Positions 6,714-16,837 of a stretch of 32,000 nt of DNA are shown piece by piece. The stretch's first letter is position 1. Each line of letters opens with the position of its first letter. The notes under the pieces are model-generated. The model saw only the letters and a list, made by a program, of their open reading frames with translations. It had not been told where the DNA came from and searched no databases. Both the position numbers and the translations under genes were made by a program. The DNA is from Acaryochloris marina MBIC11017 (GTDB taxonomy: Bacteria > Cyanobacteriota > Cyanobacteriia > Thermosynechococcales > Thermosynechococcaceae). Location: assembly GCF_000018105.1 (NCBI RefSeq), contig NC_009925.1, positions 2,160,001 through 2,192,000 on the forward strand, written 5' to 3'.

Positions 6714-7796
6714 TTAACCGTTGATGACAGGAGCAGTAAGAGCAACAGGAGCAGACTCACCAGCAGCCAAGTCTAAGGGGAAGTTATGAGCGTTACGCTC
6801 GTGCATAACTTCGAAACCCAAGTTGGCGCGGTTTAGTACGTCAGCCCATGTGTTCACAACGTTACCTTGTGAATCAACGATGGAGTGGTTGAAGTTGAAA
6901 CCATTCAAGTTGAAGGCCATGGTGCTGATGCCCATTGCAGTCAACCAGATGCAGACAACGGGCCATGCACCCAAGAAGAAGTGCAAGGAACGGCTGTTGC
7001 TGAAAGATGCATATTGGAAGATCAAACGACCGAAGTAGCCGTGGGCTGCAACGATGTTGTAGGTCTCTTCCTCTTGGCCGAACTTGTAACCGTAGTTGGC
7101 GGACTCACCTTCGGTGGTCTCACGAACTAGAGTGGAGCTAACCAAGGAACCGTGCATGGCGGCGAATAAGGAACCACCCAGTACACCAGCAACTCCAAAC
7201 ATGTGGAAGGGGTGCATGAGGATGTTGTGCTCAGCTTGGAACACGAACATGAAGTTGAAGGTTCCGCTGATGCCTAGAGGCATTCCGTCGGAGAAGCTGC
7301 CCTGACCTAGAGGATAGATCAAGAAGACAGAGTAGGTAGCGGCCAAAGGTGCAGAGTAAGCAACACAAATCCAAGGACGCATCCCTAGACGGTAGCTGTA
7401 CTCCCACTGACGACCGAGGTAGCAAATACAACCAATCATGTAATGGAAAATGATTAGCTGGTAAGGGCCACCGTTGTACAACCACTCATCAAGAGAAGCT
7501 GCTTCCCAGATGGGATACAGGTGAAGGCCAATGGCGTTGGATGAAGGAACAACGGCACCAGTGATGATGTTGTTGCCATAAAGTAGTGAACCAGCAACGG
7601 GCTCACGGATTCCATCGATGTCGACGGGAGGGGCGCCGATGAAGGCGATTACGAAACAGGTTACAGCGGTGAGAAGTGTAGGAATCATCAATACGCCGAA
7701 CCAACCGATGTATAAACGGTTGTTGGTGCTGGTGATGAAGCTACAGAATCTTTCCCATGCGCTGGCGCTTTCGCGTCTTTGCAAGACTGTTGTCAT
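6714..7796 (-). CDS. psbA: Photosystem II reaction-centre protein D1, 360 aa precursor
   Basis: [18 protein letters not shown].. N-terminus. By manual numbering all key residues are present: Tyr161 (YZ), Asp170, Glu189, His190, His198, His215, His272, His332, Glu333, His337, Asp342 and Ala344. A 16-aa C-terminal extension follows Ala344. Residue 130 is Gln. Confidence 0.99.
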   Translation of the reverse strand: MTTVLQRRESASAWERFCSFITSTNNRLYIGWFGVLMIPTLLTAVTCFVIAFIGAPPVDIDGIREPVAGSLLYGNNIITGAVVPSSNAIGLHLYPIWEAASLDEWLYNGGPYQLIIFHYMIGCICYLGRQWEYSYRLGMRPWICVAYSAPLAATYSVFLIYPLGQGSFSDGMPLGISGTFNFMFVFQAEHNILMHPFHMFGVAGVLGGSLFAAMHGSLVSSTLVRETTEGESANYGYKFGQEEETYNIVAAHGYFGRLIFQYASFSNSRSLHFFLGAWPVVCIWLTAMGISTMAFNLNGFNFNHSIVDSQGNVVNTWADVLNRANLGFEVMHERNAHNFPLDLAAGESAPVALTAPVING

Positions 7797-7870
7797 GGTT
7801 ATGATTGCTGAAGTATGAATTTGTATTAAACAGAAGCAGTTAGATAAATCTAAGTTAACTTCTGCACTTG

Positions 7871-7899
7871 ATTGTAACTACCCTATTTAAAAATGTAAA
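7871..7899 (-). promoter_or_regulatory. Sigma70-type psbA promoter: -35 TTTACA, 17-nt spacer, -10 TACAAT
   Basis: The minus strand reads gTTTACAtttttaaatagggtagtTACAATcaagtgc. The -35 is at 7899-7894 and the -10 at 7876-7871, about 75 nt upstream of the psbA ATG (7796) in an AT-rich leader. Confidence 0.65.
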
Positions 7900-7937
7900 C
7901 TTTTTAAGTATTTCTTAGGATTGCAACACAATCGTAG

Positions 7938-8330
<393 letters not shown>

Positions 8331-8544
8331 CTACGGGAGGTCAGCCTAGGAATTCAAATCTTTAGTCCTAGAGAATAATCCAGCCAAAAATCAGCCCCAA
8401 GAGAAAGCCGGTAGAACCATATACAGATAGTCAGGTGCGAAGTAGTATGGTAAAGCGCTGCAAACGTTGCAATGTAAAGGCATGTAAACGTTTGAACGTG
8501 TTTAAAACTTTGCGTAACCGTCTCCCTAGAACTGGTAAGGAATA

Positions 8545-9291
8545 ATGATGCATCCTCACTTGCAATCAGCTGTCGCTCAACGCCGGGCCATCAAAATCAT
8601 CAGTGGCTTAAACAACTTCGATATCGCCCATGTCACTGCCGTGGTTAAAGCTGCTGAACAAGGTGGAGCCACTTTTGTCGATATTGCTGCTGATGCTGAT
8701 CTAATCCGCACTGTTCGACAATCCATTCAGTTACCGATTTGCGTATCCGCCGTAGAGCCTGAAAAGTTTGTTGAGGCCGTCGCTGCTGGTGCAGATTTAA
8801 TCGAAATTGGTAACTTTGATAGCTTTTACGCCCAAGGACGTCAGTTCAGCGCCAAGGACGTCTTAGAACTGACCCATCAAACCAGAGCATTATTGCCCAC
8901 CATTCCTTTATCCGTTACCGTTCCCCATATTTTGGAGTTGGATCAACAGGTCCAGCTGGCTCAAGACTTAGTCAAAGCAGGAGCCACCCTGATCCAAACA
9001 GAAGGGGGCACCAGTAGTGATCCGAGCCATTCAGGCACGTTAGGATTGATGGAGAAAGCAGCCCCCACCTTAGCGGCTGCCTATGAGATTTCCCGATCCG
9101 TTGATATTCCCGTGCTCTGTGCTTCTGGTTTATCTAACGTCACAGCGCCTCTGGCCATTGCCGCAGGGGCCTCGGGAATTGGAGTTGGATCAGCCGTCAA
9201 TCGACTCAATGATCCACTAGCAATGGTCGCAGCCGTCAGAAGCCTCGTAGAGTCCCTACCCCAATCCGTTCATCGGCCTGCGGTTGGATAG
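8545..9291 (+). CDS. Ycf23/DUF561-like TIM-barrel protein, 248 aa
   Basis: AIKIISGLNNFD..AAEQGGATFVDIAADADLI resembles, from memory, the conserved N-terminal signature of the plastid/cyanobacterial Ycf23 (DUF561) family. No domain search was run. Confidence 0.6.
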   Translation: MMHPHLQSAVAQRRAIKIISGLNNFDIAHVTAVVKAAEQGGATFVDIAADADLIRTVRQSIQLPICVSAVEPEKFVEAVAAGADLIEIGNFDSFYAQGRQFSAKDVLELTHQTRALLPTIPLSVTVPHILELDQQVQLAQDLVKAGATLIQTEGGTSSDPSHSGTLGLMEKAAPTLAAAYEISRSVDIPVLCASGLSNVTAPLAIAAGASGIGVGSAVNRLNDPLAMVAAVRSLVESLPQSVHRPAVG

Positions 9292-9414
9292 TTGGCCATA
9301 CCACCTAATGGACCGTCAGCAACTGGCGGAAAAGGGGTGACTGCACAATCTCAGACAATAACTTAAATACCCTGCATCAGCAGGGTATTGGGCGTAGTTC
9401 ATGGAGCAGAAATT

Positions 9415-11949
9415 ATGAGAGCCGTACTCATGGCTGGTGGAGAAGGGACTCGGTTACGACCGCTAACCTGCGATCTACCCAAGCCGATGGTACCTATTCT
9501 CAATCGACCGATTGCCGAGCATATCGTTAATCTGCTCAAGCACCATCAGATCTACGAAATTATTGCAACGCTTTATTACCTCCCCGATGTCATGCGGGAC
9601 TATTTCCGCGATGGCTCTGACTTTGGTGTTCAAATGACCTATGGCATCGAAGAAGAACAGGCATTGGGGACTGCAGGCTGTGTCAAGAATATTTCCGCCC
9701 TACTCACGGATACATTCTTGGTGATTAGCGGCGATTGCATTACGGATTTCGATTTAACAGCCGCCATTAAATTTCATCGGCAGAAAGGGTCTAAAGCTAC
9801 CTTAGTATTAGCTCGCGTCCCTGATCCCATGGAATTTGGGGTCGTGATTACAGACCAATCCCATCAAATTTGTCGCTTTTTAGAAAAGCCCTCCACCAGC
9901 GAGGTCTTTTCTGACACGGTTAATACAGGTATCTATATCTTGGAGCCAGAGGTTTTAGATTACCTACCCAGCGATCAACAGACCGACTTTTCCAAAGATC
10001 TATTTCCCCTCCTCTTGGAGAAAGGGGAACCCATGTTTGGCTATGTCGCTGAGGGATATTGGTGTGATGTCGGTAGTTTAGACTCCTATCGAGAAGCCCA
10101 ATACGATGCCCTGCAAGGGAACGTCAGAATTGAATTTGCCTACCAAGAAATGAATCCCGGACTCTGGATGGGGCAAAACGTCCATGTTGATCCAGAGGCC
10201 AAGCTCCATCCCCCCATCCTCATCGGCGATAACTGTCGGATTGGGCCACGGGCCAATATCGAAGCCGGTACCGTGATTGGGGATAACGTCACCATTGGCA
10301 ATGATGCAGACCTGAAGCGACCAATTATCTGGAATGGAGTCCTGATTGGAGAAGAAGCCCATCTTCGGGCCTGTGGCATCGCCCGAGGGGCAAGAGTCGA
10401 TCGTCGCGCCCATGTCTTAGAAGGCGCAGTGGTTGGAGCCCTGTCAACGGTGGGAGAAGAAGCCCAGGTTAGCCCAGGAGTACGCGTTTGGCCCAGTAAG
10501 CATATTGAACCCGGTGCCGCCCTCAATATCAATTTAATTTGGGGCAGTACTGCCCCCCGGAATCTCTTTGGCCAGAGAGGCGTCGCCGGCTTAGCCAACG
10601 TTGACATTACGCCAGAATTTGCCGTTAAACTCGGCGCAGCCTATGCCTCAACCCTAAAACCCGGATCTCAGGTTACGATTTCCCGTGACCAACGCAGTAT
10701 TTCGCGGATGGTGTCTCGATCCTTAATCTCAGGCATTATGTCCGTGGGCATCGATGTTCAGAATTTAGAAGCCACTGCACTACCGATTGCTCGCTGTGTC
10801 CCTCGTAATGCCCTCGTGGTTGGTGGGGTTCATGTGCGGATTCACCCCGAGCGATCTGACTTTATCCTGATTGAATTTTTTGATGAGCAGGGCATTAATA
10901 TTTCCAAGGCCAAGGAAAAGAAAATTGAAGGGGCCTACTTTAAAGAAGATTTTCGGCGAGCTCCCATTGGCGAAATTGGTGGCATTACCTATCCCGGCGT
11001 TTTATTAGATGATTACGCCCAGATTTTCGAAAAATGGCTGAATACCGCCGTGGTCCGAGAAGGGGACTTCAAAGTCGTTATCGACTATGTCTATGCTGTA
11101 TCGGGTGCAGTCTTACCGCGATTGCTCAGTAAATTTGGCTGTGATGCCGTCGTTCTCAATGCGAGTTTGCGCACAAAAGGCCCCACCCCGGAACAACGGG
11201 AAGAGTTACTCACCCAACTCGGCCCTGTGGTGGAAGCCTTAAAGGCTAACTTTGGCGTCCAGGTAGCAGCCAATGGTGAGCAGCTTCTCCTGGTAGATGA
11301 AACCGGGAGCGCTATACGAGGAGAGCAGTTAACCGCCTTGATGGTAGAGATTATTTTAACTGCCAATCCTAGGGGCACCGTTGTCGTCCCCGTGCATACC
11401 TCCAGTGCCGTCGAGCAAATTGCCCGCCGTCACGATGCCAACGTCATTCGCACTAAGGTCAACCCCACCGCTTTAATGGAAACCTGCTGGACAAACCCCA
11501 ATGTGGTGTTAGGCGGCAGTGCAGATACGGGATTTATCTTTCCCCAGCTGCATCCCGGATTTGATGCCATGTTTTCCATTGCCAAGCTGATTGAAATGCT
11601 AACCCTCCAGCAAAAATCCCTTGGGCAACTTAAGGCCAGTTTGCCCCGCATTTTTCATCGAACACAAACAGTACGATGCCCTTGGAATCGAAAAGGGGCA
11701 CTGATGCGCTACTTAGTCGAGACCCATCCGGCTGAGACCTTAGAACTGATCGATGGCGTTAAGGTCAAAGACCCCGCATCCGATAATTGGACATTAATTC
11801 TCCCCGACGCCAGCGAACCATTAGTGCATATTTTTGCCAATGGGGGCGACCGCGAATGGGTGGACGCAACCTTACGGGAGTATCGTCAGCGCATTCAAGA
11901 ATTTACAGAACGGGATCCGGATTTAGAAAACAATCTTGAGGAAAGCTGA
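9415..11949 (+). CDS. Fusion protein: sugar-1-phosphate nucleotidyltransferase (GDP-mannose pyrophosphorylase-like), left-handed beta-helix, and phosphoglucomutase/phosphomannomutase-like domains
   Basis: [28 protein letters not shown] nucleotidyltransferase signature. Hexapeptide repeats [27 protein letters not shown]. The C-terminal half aligns by eye to PGM/PMM domains I-IV. The preferred start is ATG 9415, with GGAG at 9403-9406, rather than the in-frame TTG 9388 of the ORF track. Confidence 0.85.
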   Translation: MRAVLMAGGEGTRLRPLTCDLPKPMVPILNRPIAEHIVNLLKHHQIYEIIATLYYLPDVMRDYFRDGSDFGVQMTYGIEEEQALGTAGCVKNISALLTDTFLVISGDCITDFDLTAAIKFHRQKGSKATLVLARVPDPMEFGVVITDQSHQICRFLEKPSTSEVFSDTVNTGIYILEPEVLDYLPSDQQTDFSKDLFPLLLEKGEPMFGYVAEGYWCDVGSLDSYREAQYDALQGNVRIEFAYQEMNPGLWMGQNVHVDPEAKLHPPILIGDNCRIGPRANIEAGTVIGDNVTIGNDADLKRPIIWNGVLIGEEAHLRACGIARGARVDRRAHVLEGAVVGALSTVGEEAQVSPGVRVWPSKHIEPGAALNINLIWGSTAPRNLFGQRGVAGLANVDITPEFAVKLGAAYASTLKPGSQVTISRDQRSISRMVSRSLISGIMSVGIDVQNLEATALPIARCVPRNALVVGGVHVRIHPERSDFILIEFFDEQGINISKAKEKKIEGAYFKEDFRRAPIGEIGGITYPGVLLDDYAQIFEKWLNTAVVREGDFKVVIDYVYAVSGAVLPRLLSKFGCDAVVLNASLRTKGPTPEQREELLTQLGPVVEALKANFGVQVAANGEQLLLVDETGSAIRGEQLTALMVEIILTANPRGTVVVPVHTSSAVEQIARRHDANVIRTKVNPTALMETCWTNPNVVLGGSADTGFIFPQLHPGFDAMFSIAKLIEMLTLQQKSLGQLKASLPRIFHRTQTVRCPWNRKGALMRYLVETHPAETLELIDGVKVKDPASDNWTLILPDASEPLVHIFANGGDREWVDATLREYRQRIQEFTERDPDLENNLEES

Positions 11950-12096
11950 TCCCTTTCTGCATTCTTGGTAGACTGCCTGAGTCTGCAAGATGACGATCAA
12001 GGTCACAGCCCTGAGAACCCATTTGAGCTCAGCTTGCGACTCTGCTCGTAGAGGGCTGCAATCTCCCCCCGATAGAAGATTTGAAGGACTAAAAAC

Positions 12097-12540
12097 ATGA
12101 ATACTTGTGTCTTAATGGCAGAGATTACCAAAGCCCCTCAACTGCGCTATACCCAGGATGGACAAACCGCCATCTCCGAAATGTGGGTGCAGTTTCCCGC
12201 CCTGCGGTCTGGCGATCCCATGTCTACTATCAAAGTAACGGGCTGGGGAAATTTAGCCCAACAAATTCAAGAACAATTTCAAGAAGGCGATCAGGTCATT
12301 ATTGAAGGTCGCCTCGGCATGAATACCATCGACCGTCCCGAAGGCTTTAAAGAAAAGCAAGCTGAGTTAACGGCGTCACGAATTCACACCACTGATATGT
12401 CCATCAGCGCGAGTGCTGCCCCTGCGGCCGCACCCGCTCGTCCTGCCGCTCCAGCAGCGGCAACACCTGCAGCCATTCCTGCACCGCCGGCGCCAGCTCC
12501 AGCAGAAGCAGAACCCAATTACGATGACATTCCCTTCTAG
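12097..12540 (+). CDS. ssb: Single-stranded DNA-binding protein, 147 aa
   Basis: OB-fold N-terminal region (..PQLRYTQDGQTAISEMWVQF..VTGWGNLAQ..VIIEGRL), an Ala/Pro-rich disordered linker, and the acidic C-terminal tip NYDDIPF typical of bacterial SSB. Confidence 0.88.
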   Translation: MNTCVLMAEITKAPQLRYTQDGQTAISEMWVQFPALRSGDPMSTIKVTGWGNLAQQIQEQFQEGDQVIIEGRLGMNTIDRPEGFKEKQAELTASRIHTTDMSISASAAPAAAPARPAAPAAATPAAIPAPPAPAPAEAEPNYDDIPF

Positions 12541-12545
12541 TCGGC

Positions 12546-13829
12546 TTAATCCAAATTGATGTTAATGGTGCGCTGACCAATATCGTGGCGGTAATAGCAG
12601 CCCTCAAATTGAATGGACGGTATCGCCTGATAAACCGTTTTTAGCGCTTCTTCAAAGGTGCTCCCTTGTCCAGTCACCGCTAAGACCCTGCCGCCACTGG
12701 TGATAATGGCTTGGTCTTTAAGTTGGGTGCCAGCATGAAAGACGGTGACGTTCTGGGCTTCGGCTTTATCAAGATCGGCAATTGGGAAGCCCTTTTGGTA
12801 GCTACCGGGATACCCTCCTGAGGCCAACACGACACAGGCTGAGAAGCCTGACTGCCATTGGATATCAATTTCAGCCAGTTCTTGTTGGGTACAGGCCATC
12901 AAGAGCTGATCCAACGGGGTGGCTAGAAGACTTAATACTGCTTGGGTCTCGGGATCGCCAAATCGACAGTTAAATTCGATGACTTTGGGCTCACCGGTAG
13001 GAGTGATGATCAGCCCTGCATAGACCACACCGCGATAATCAATGCCTTTCTGCTGCAGTGCCGTTAGAGTAGGTTGAAGAATGTCTGTTTCTACACGCTG
13101 CATTAATTTAGGGGTAACCCAGGGAACCGGCGCATAGGCTCCCATACCGCCGGTATTTGGCCCCGTATCTCCTTCGCCAATGGGCTTATGGTCTTGAGCT
13201 GGAATCAACGGTTTAATGGTTTTGCCATCCGTCAAAGCTAAAACTGAAACTTCTTGCCCTGTTAGATATTCCTCAATTAAAACGGTCTGGCCCGCTTCGC
13301 CAAATTTACCGGAGAAGGCCTCATTCACAGCATTCAATGCTTCATCTAGGGTGAGAGCAACGGTCACTCCTTTGCCTGCAGCCAGACCATCTGCCTTAAT
13401 CACAATTGGAGCACCTTCCGACTGAATATAAGCCTGAGCAGCATCTACATCGGTAAAGGTTTGGGCCTTAGCCGTAGGGATACCAGCCTCGGTCATGAGG
13501 GTTTTGGCCCAGGTTTTGCTGGCTTCGAGTTGGGCACCAGCTTGGGTAGGGCCAAATACAGGGATGTTAAACGGCTGCAGGGCATCCGTAATTCCCTCAG
13601 CCAGAGGTGCTTCTGGCCCCACAACTACTAAGGCGATGTCCTGGGATTGGGCAAATTGACCAATAGCAGCAAAGTCTTGCTCAGAAATATCAATATTTTG
13701 ACAGTTGGTTAGGGTAGCAGTACCCCCGTTGCCAGGTAAACAATACACTTGCTGCACCGTTTGCGATCGCAACAAGGACCACGCCAATGCATGCTCGCGA
13801 CCACCACTGCCAATCACTAAAATATTCAC
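12546..13829 (-). CDS. purD: Phosphoribosylamine--glycine ligase (GAR synthetase), 427 aa
   Basis: MNILVIGSGGREHALAWSL N-terminus, ATP-grasp core (GMGAYAPVP, VIEFNCRFGDPE) and C-terminal GGRVLAVTG. Confidence 0.97.
   Translation of the reverse strand: MNILVIGSGGREHALAWSLLRSQTVQQVYCLPGNGGTATLTNCQNIDISEQDFAAIGQFAQSQDIALVVVGPEAPLAEGITDALQPFNIPVFGPTQAGAQLEASKTWAKTLMTEAGIPTAKAQTFTDVDAAQAYIQSEGAPIVIKADGLAAGKGVTVALTLDEALNAVNEAFSGKFGEAGQTVLIEEYLTGQEVSVLALTDGKTIKPLIPAQDHKPIGEGDTGPNTGGMGAYAPVPWVTPKLMQRVETDILQPTLTALQQKGIDYRGVVYAGLIITPTGEPKVIEFNCRFGDPETQAVLSLLATPLDQLLMACTQQELAEIDIQWQSGFSACVVLASGGYPGSYQKGFPIADLDKAEAQNVTVFHAGTQLKDQAIITSGGRVLAVTGQGSTFEEALKTVYQAIPSIQFEGCYYRHDIGQRTININLD
13763..13770. repeat. 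HIP1 palindrome GCGATCGC
   Basis: Exact octamer read directly from the sequence. Confidence 0.9.
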
Positions 13830-13899
13830 GGCTAACGTCTACCCAACAGAGAACATCCTATAGTCTGGGTGACGCTAGTAGCATTGGTCAACAGCCAGG

Positions 13900-14631
13900 T
13901 TAAAACTTGACTTTGAACAGGTGAAACAGCTCTTGACTCTCAGCTTTGATGACCTTACCCCCTGCCGTTTTAATCACACTTTTCCAGGTCTCGAGGGGCT
14001 CAGGAAACACTTCTGCCCCTAAGTAGGTTTCTAGGATGGACCAGTTATCGGCTAATTCGCTATCAGGATCAATGACATCAAAGACGACAACACTCCCAGT
14101 TTTAAGCACTCGCTTAATTTCGGTGAGTACCGTTTGCCAGTAGTCCTGGGGAAAATAGCAGCTAAAGCCAGTCGCAATTACCCCATCAAATTGGTTGTCT
14201 TCATACTTCAGATGATGCGCCGGGCCGCGCTCTACTCCCTTGAACAATTTGGAATTTAACTGCGGTCCCCGACTATTGACGGCTTCCTGGGCGACTTTAC
14301 TCAGCTCTTGACCGTAGAAATAGGCTTCCCATTCAAACCAGGGATAGACCAAAAAGCTCAGCCCACAGCCAATATCCAGCCAATGCTGTTTTTTCTTAGG
14401 TTTTTGGAACTGCCAAAATTCAGAGGCAATTCTGGCTTGCAGACGCCCCGCATTCCAGTCTTGAAACACAGGCATTGCTTCTACTTCAGGCGGTAGCTCA
14501 AAGGCCGCCTGTTCATATTCACGGTTAAACCGTTGGGTCACCGCCTGGATCTGCTCATGCCACTGATCATCAGGATTGGCTAATTGAGGCAAACTCGTGT
14601 ACAAATTCGTTTGCTGTTGTTTTTTAGCCAT
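13900..14631 (-). CDS. Class I SAM-dependent methyltransferase
   Basis: Motif I WLDIGCGLSFLV, with acidic and post-I motifs downstream (FDGVIATGF, GSVVVFDV). The ORF-track start at 14655 is TTG. The first ATG (MAKKQQQ) is at 14631, so the start is uncertain by 8 codons. Confidence 0.8.
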   Translation of the reverse strand: MAKKQQQTNLYTSLPQLANPDDQWHEQIQAVTQRFNREYEQAAFELPPEVEAMPVFQDWNAGRLQARIASEFWQFQKPKKKQHWLDIGCGLSFLVYPWFEWEAYFYGQELSKVAQEAVNSRGPQLNSKLFKGVERGPAHHLKYEDNQFDGVIATGFSCYFPQDYWQTVLTEIKRVLKTGSVVVFDVIDPDSELADNWSILETYLGAEVFPEPLETWKSVIKTAGGKVIKAESQELFHLFKVKF

Positions 14632-14675
14632 AGTGCGACTCGGAATGTAGGGCAAGCGTCTGATCGATAGAGAGA

Positions 14676-14855
14676 TTAGCCTTTGAGAGCTTTAACGAAA
14701 TTCTGGCGATAGGACTTATTCGCTAACATCACGGGCCAAAGCAGGGTGAGAACAAGACGGTTCGAGGTGAAATTCGTCTGTCTAAATCCAGCCCAAAAGC
14801 GCCAACCGCCCCCCGTATAGATGACGACTAACAGTAGCCAGACAAAAAAGGGCAT
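14676..14855 (-). CDS. Small hypothetical membrane protein, 59 aa (below the ORF-track length cutoff)
   Basis: Manual translation: MPFFVWLLLVVIYTGGGWRFWAGFRQTNFTSNRLVLTLLWPVMLANKSYRQNFVKALKG. It has two hydrophobic segments. A strong SD, AGGAGG (14870-14865), lies 9 nt upstream of the ATG. The stop is about 20-45 nt upstream of the co-oriented methyltransferase gene. Confidence 0.55.
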   Translation of the reverse strand: MPFFVWLLLVVIYTGGGWRFWAGFRQTNFTSNRLVLTLLWPVMLANKSYRQNFVKALKG

Positions 14856-15088
14856 AAACGATGTCCTCCTGATCGAACGTTTCGACGATGATAATGCCTC
14901 AATTTTAGTTCACAGATCCGGCAATTGTTTGTATCTGCACAGTTCTGTAATGCCACGTTGGTTTACCCTGGAGCCACTAATGGAAACGACTGATTGAGAT
15001 TTCGTTCTGGTCCTATTCCTATCCCAGCAATTCAGGCGGTGTCGGCACCAGAATGTCATCATAGAAATGACCGTCGAAGGAATCAACC

Positions 15089-15580
15089 ATGTCCCAGTCT
15101 GCTCATGAGCCAGATGCGGTATCTGTCGAGACTGAAGTCATTACGGATGACGACTATCAACAGTCCCTAGCACAGCAAAAGCATTTGGCCGAACAAGATC
15201 GAAAAGCAAGAGAACAAGCCCGACAGATTTTGCAGCGCTATGACCAGGGCTTTACACCGAATTTAATTCAAGATATTCGCTTGTCTGCCTTTGATTCGTT
15301 GACCGCCAGTCGAGCCATTATGCAGCTGTTACGGCTAAGTTTGGCAGAGGATGAGTACGGTGCCGTGGGGGAGTCTCGGATGACCTATACCAGGGGACGA
15401 AATGTTGCGATCGCACAGCAATGCGGCCAGATTCTCTACCAGCTGGGCGGGTTGAAATTAATGGAGCACGTCTTGACCCGTCTCATTCCACCGTTCGACC
15501 AAGATAATTTAAATCAGGCCTGGCAAGGGCTTGGGACCGGCGCCTCTCACTATTTTGACGCTAGACATCACCTGCCCTAG
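15089..15580 (+). CDS. Hypothetical protein, 163 aa (acidic N-terminus, charged coiled-coil-like segment)
   Basis: Clean ATG-initiated ORF with no competing frames. I could recognise no motif. Confidence 0.6.
   Translation: MSQSAHEPDAVSVETEVITDDDYQQSLAQQKHLAEQDRKAREQARQILQRYDQGFTPNLIQDIRLSAFDSLTASRAIMQLLRLSLAEDEYGAVGESRMTYTRGRNVAIAQQCGQILYQLGGLKLMEHVLTRLIPPFDQDNLNQAWQGLGTGASHYFDARHHLP
15407..15414. repeat. HIP1 palindrome GCGATCGC
   Basis: Exact octamer read directly from the sequence. Confidence 0.9.
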
Positions 15581-15641
15581 CATTGCGTCTCAGACATACT
15601 ATTGCCCTGGCATAGAGAATCTAAAAACGATCAGAATACAT

Positions 15642-16532
15642 CTAAGGAGCAGGAACTTCTGCTGCTTCATATAAAGGAGCTGGCTTTTCTCTAATCCGTT
15701 GGGCAATGGGTTGAACCCGCTTAACCACCTTGATCAAGTATTCATAATCAGGTGGCTGAGCATTCGAGATATAGCCGATGGATCGTTTCGTCCGAGGAGA
15801 GGCGGACTCCAACGCCTCTAGTAACTGTTCTTTCAACGCATCATCAACATCAGGACCAATCAAAACAGAGCCTGAAGGCACCAGATGGGAATCGCGATAG
15901 AGAATGCGGAATTGAGTCCCTTTAAACTCAGAGCGAAACCGCTCCAATTCTGCCAAAGAGAGTGCCCCTGCAACCACTTCGCCCCCATCAACCCACTTCA
16001 GTACTTCTTTGGGTGTAGCCCCGAACTTAATTTCTGCAAGCGTTAAACCATACAGATTGAATACCGGAAAGTAGTAACCAGCAGCCGATCCTTTTTGTCC
16101 TAATGCAACAACTTGATTCCCCAGATCTTTAATGGCCGTTGAGGGGTCGTCTTCTCGAACCACAATGACAGACTGCTCTTGATCCCCCCCCTCACGAGGT
16201 AACACGGGTACATACTGAGCCTGAGAAATAGCAATCGCAGCCAATCCAGGTGGCGCAAAGACTAGGTCCCAATTTTGCCTCTCAATTTGATCTATGGCTT
16301 GAATTTCGTTGAGAGCAGGTTCTAGCTCAATGAGGCTTTTTAATTCAGCTCCTAAATGCTCTTTCAAGTCAGCATATTGCTCTAACGAACGAGAACCTTC
16401 ACCATAACTAACAACACCAATCACTAATTTCTTTAAGGGTTTATTCTCAGTGCCGTTACAGGCGACCAACAACCACAAAATAGGTACTAAGAAAACCCAG
16501 AAAAAACGGCGAGAATGCATCTTCAAGATCAT
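15642..16532 (-). CDS. PhnD/type-2 periplasmic-binding-protein-like substrate-binding lipoprotein, 296 aa
   Basis: Signal peptide with lipobox LLVAC. The body (KLVIGVVSYGE..LVFAPPGLAAIA..GSAAGYYFPVFNLYG..AGALS) resembles phosphate/phosphonate-type ABC substrate-binding proteins. No permease or ATPase gene is adjacent. Confidence 0.7.
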   Translation of the reverse strand: MILKMHSRRFFWVFLVPILWLLVACNGTENKPLKKLVIGVVSYGEGSRSLEQYADLKEHLGAELKSLIELEPALNEIQAIDQIERQNWDLVFAPPGLAAIAISQAQYVPVLPREGGDQEQSVIVVREDDPSTAIKDLGNQVVALGQKGSAAGYYFPVFNLYGLTLAEIKFGATPKEVLKWVDGGEVVAGALSLAELERFRSEFKGTQFRILYRDSHLVPSGSVLIGPDVDDALKEQLLEALESASPRTKRSIGYISNAQPPDYEYLIKVVKRVQPIAQRIREKPAPLYEAAEVPAP

Positions 16533-16837
16533 AAAAAAACTTCATCTAACTTATCTATGCTTGATCTTGTCGCGGTTCGTCTAGCTAAGCTAAGCTTGGA
16601 ATTAGCTATAAGCTAGCAAAATCAATTGTTTCAAAGTATCACAATGTCAAAAATCACATCAGATAATATCCCAGCATAGACCAAGTTCCGTAGAGACATC
16701 AATATTAAATTGAAAGCCGCAATAATTCTCTGCTTGAAAATAATCATTGTGACTTTACATGACTTAAAACTTTGGTAATAAACCACTCAAATTTGCAAAA
16801 TAATACTTATCTAAACAATAGCTAAGGAATCCTGCCA

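Noticed and set aside
6823-7818. Several 66-84 aa ORFs on both strands overlapping psbA
   Set aside because: psbA is unambiguous over the whole interval. The overlapping ORFs are short, lack motifs and are typical shadow frames.
10078-10607. Antisense ORFs of 111 and 155 aa in the left-handed beta-helix region of the nucleotidyltransferase fusion gene
   Set aside because: These are shadow ORFs opposite hexapeptide-repeat coding sequence and have no independent support.
12400-12520. GC-rich Ala/Pro low-complexity tract (AAPAAAPARPAAPAAATPAAIPAPPAPAPAEAE)
   Set aside because: This is the normal intrinsically disordered linker of SSB between the OB fold and the acidic DDIPF tip. It is not a separate repeat element.
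16581-16617. Cluster of AGCT-core motifs (CTAGCTAAGCTAAGCTT .. TTAGCTATAAGCTAGC) in the divergent promoter region between the PhnD-like and DUF3365-HAMP genes
   Set aside because: It is an imperfect direct repeat (TAGCTA-AGCTA / TAGCTATAAGCTA) and could be an operator. The symmetry is poor, and I cannot distinguish it from chance in AT-rich promoter DNA without comparative data.
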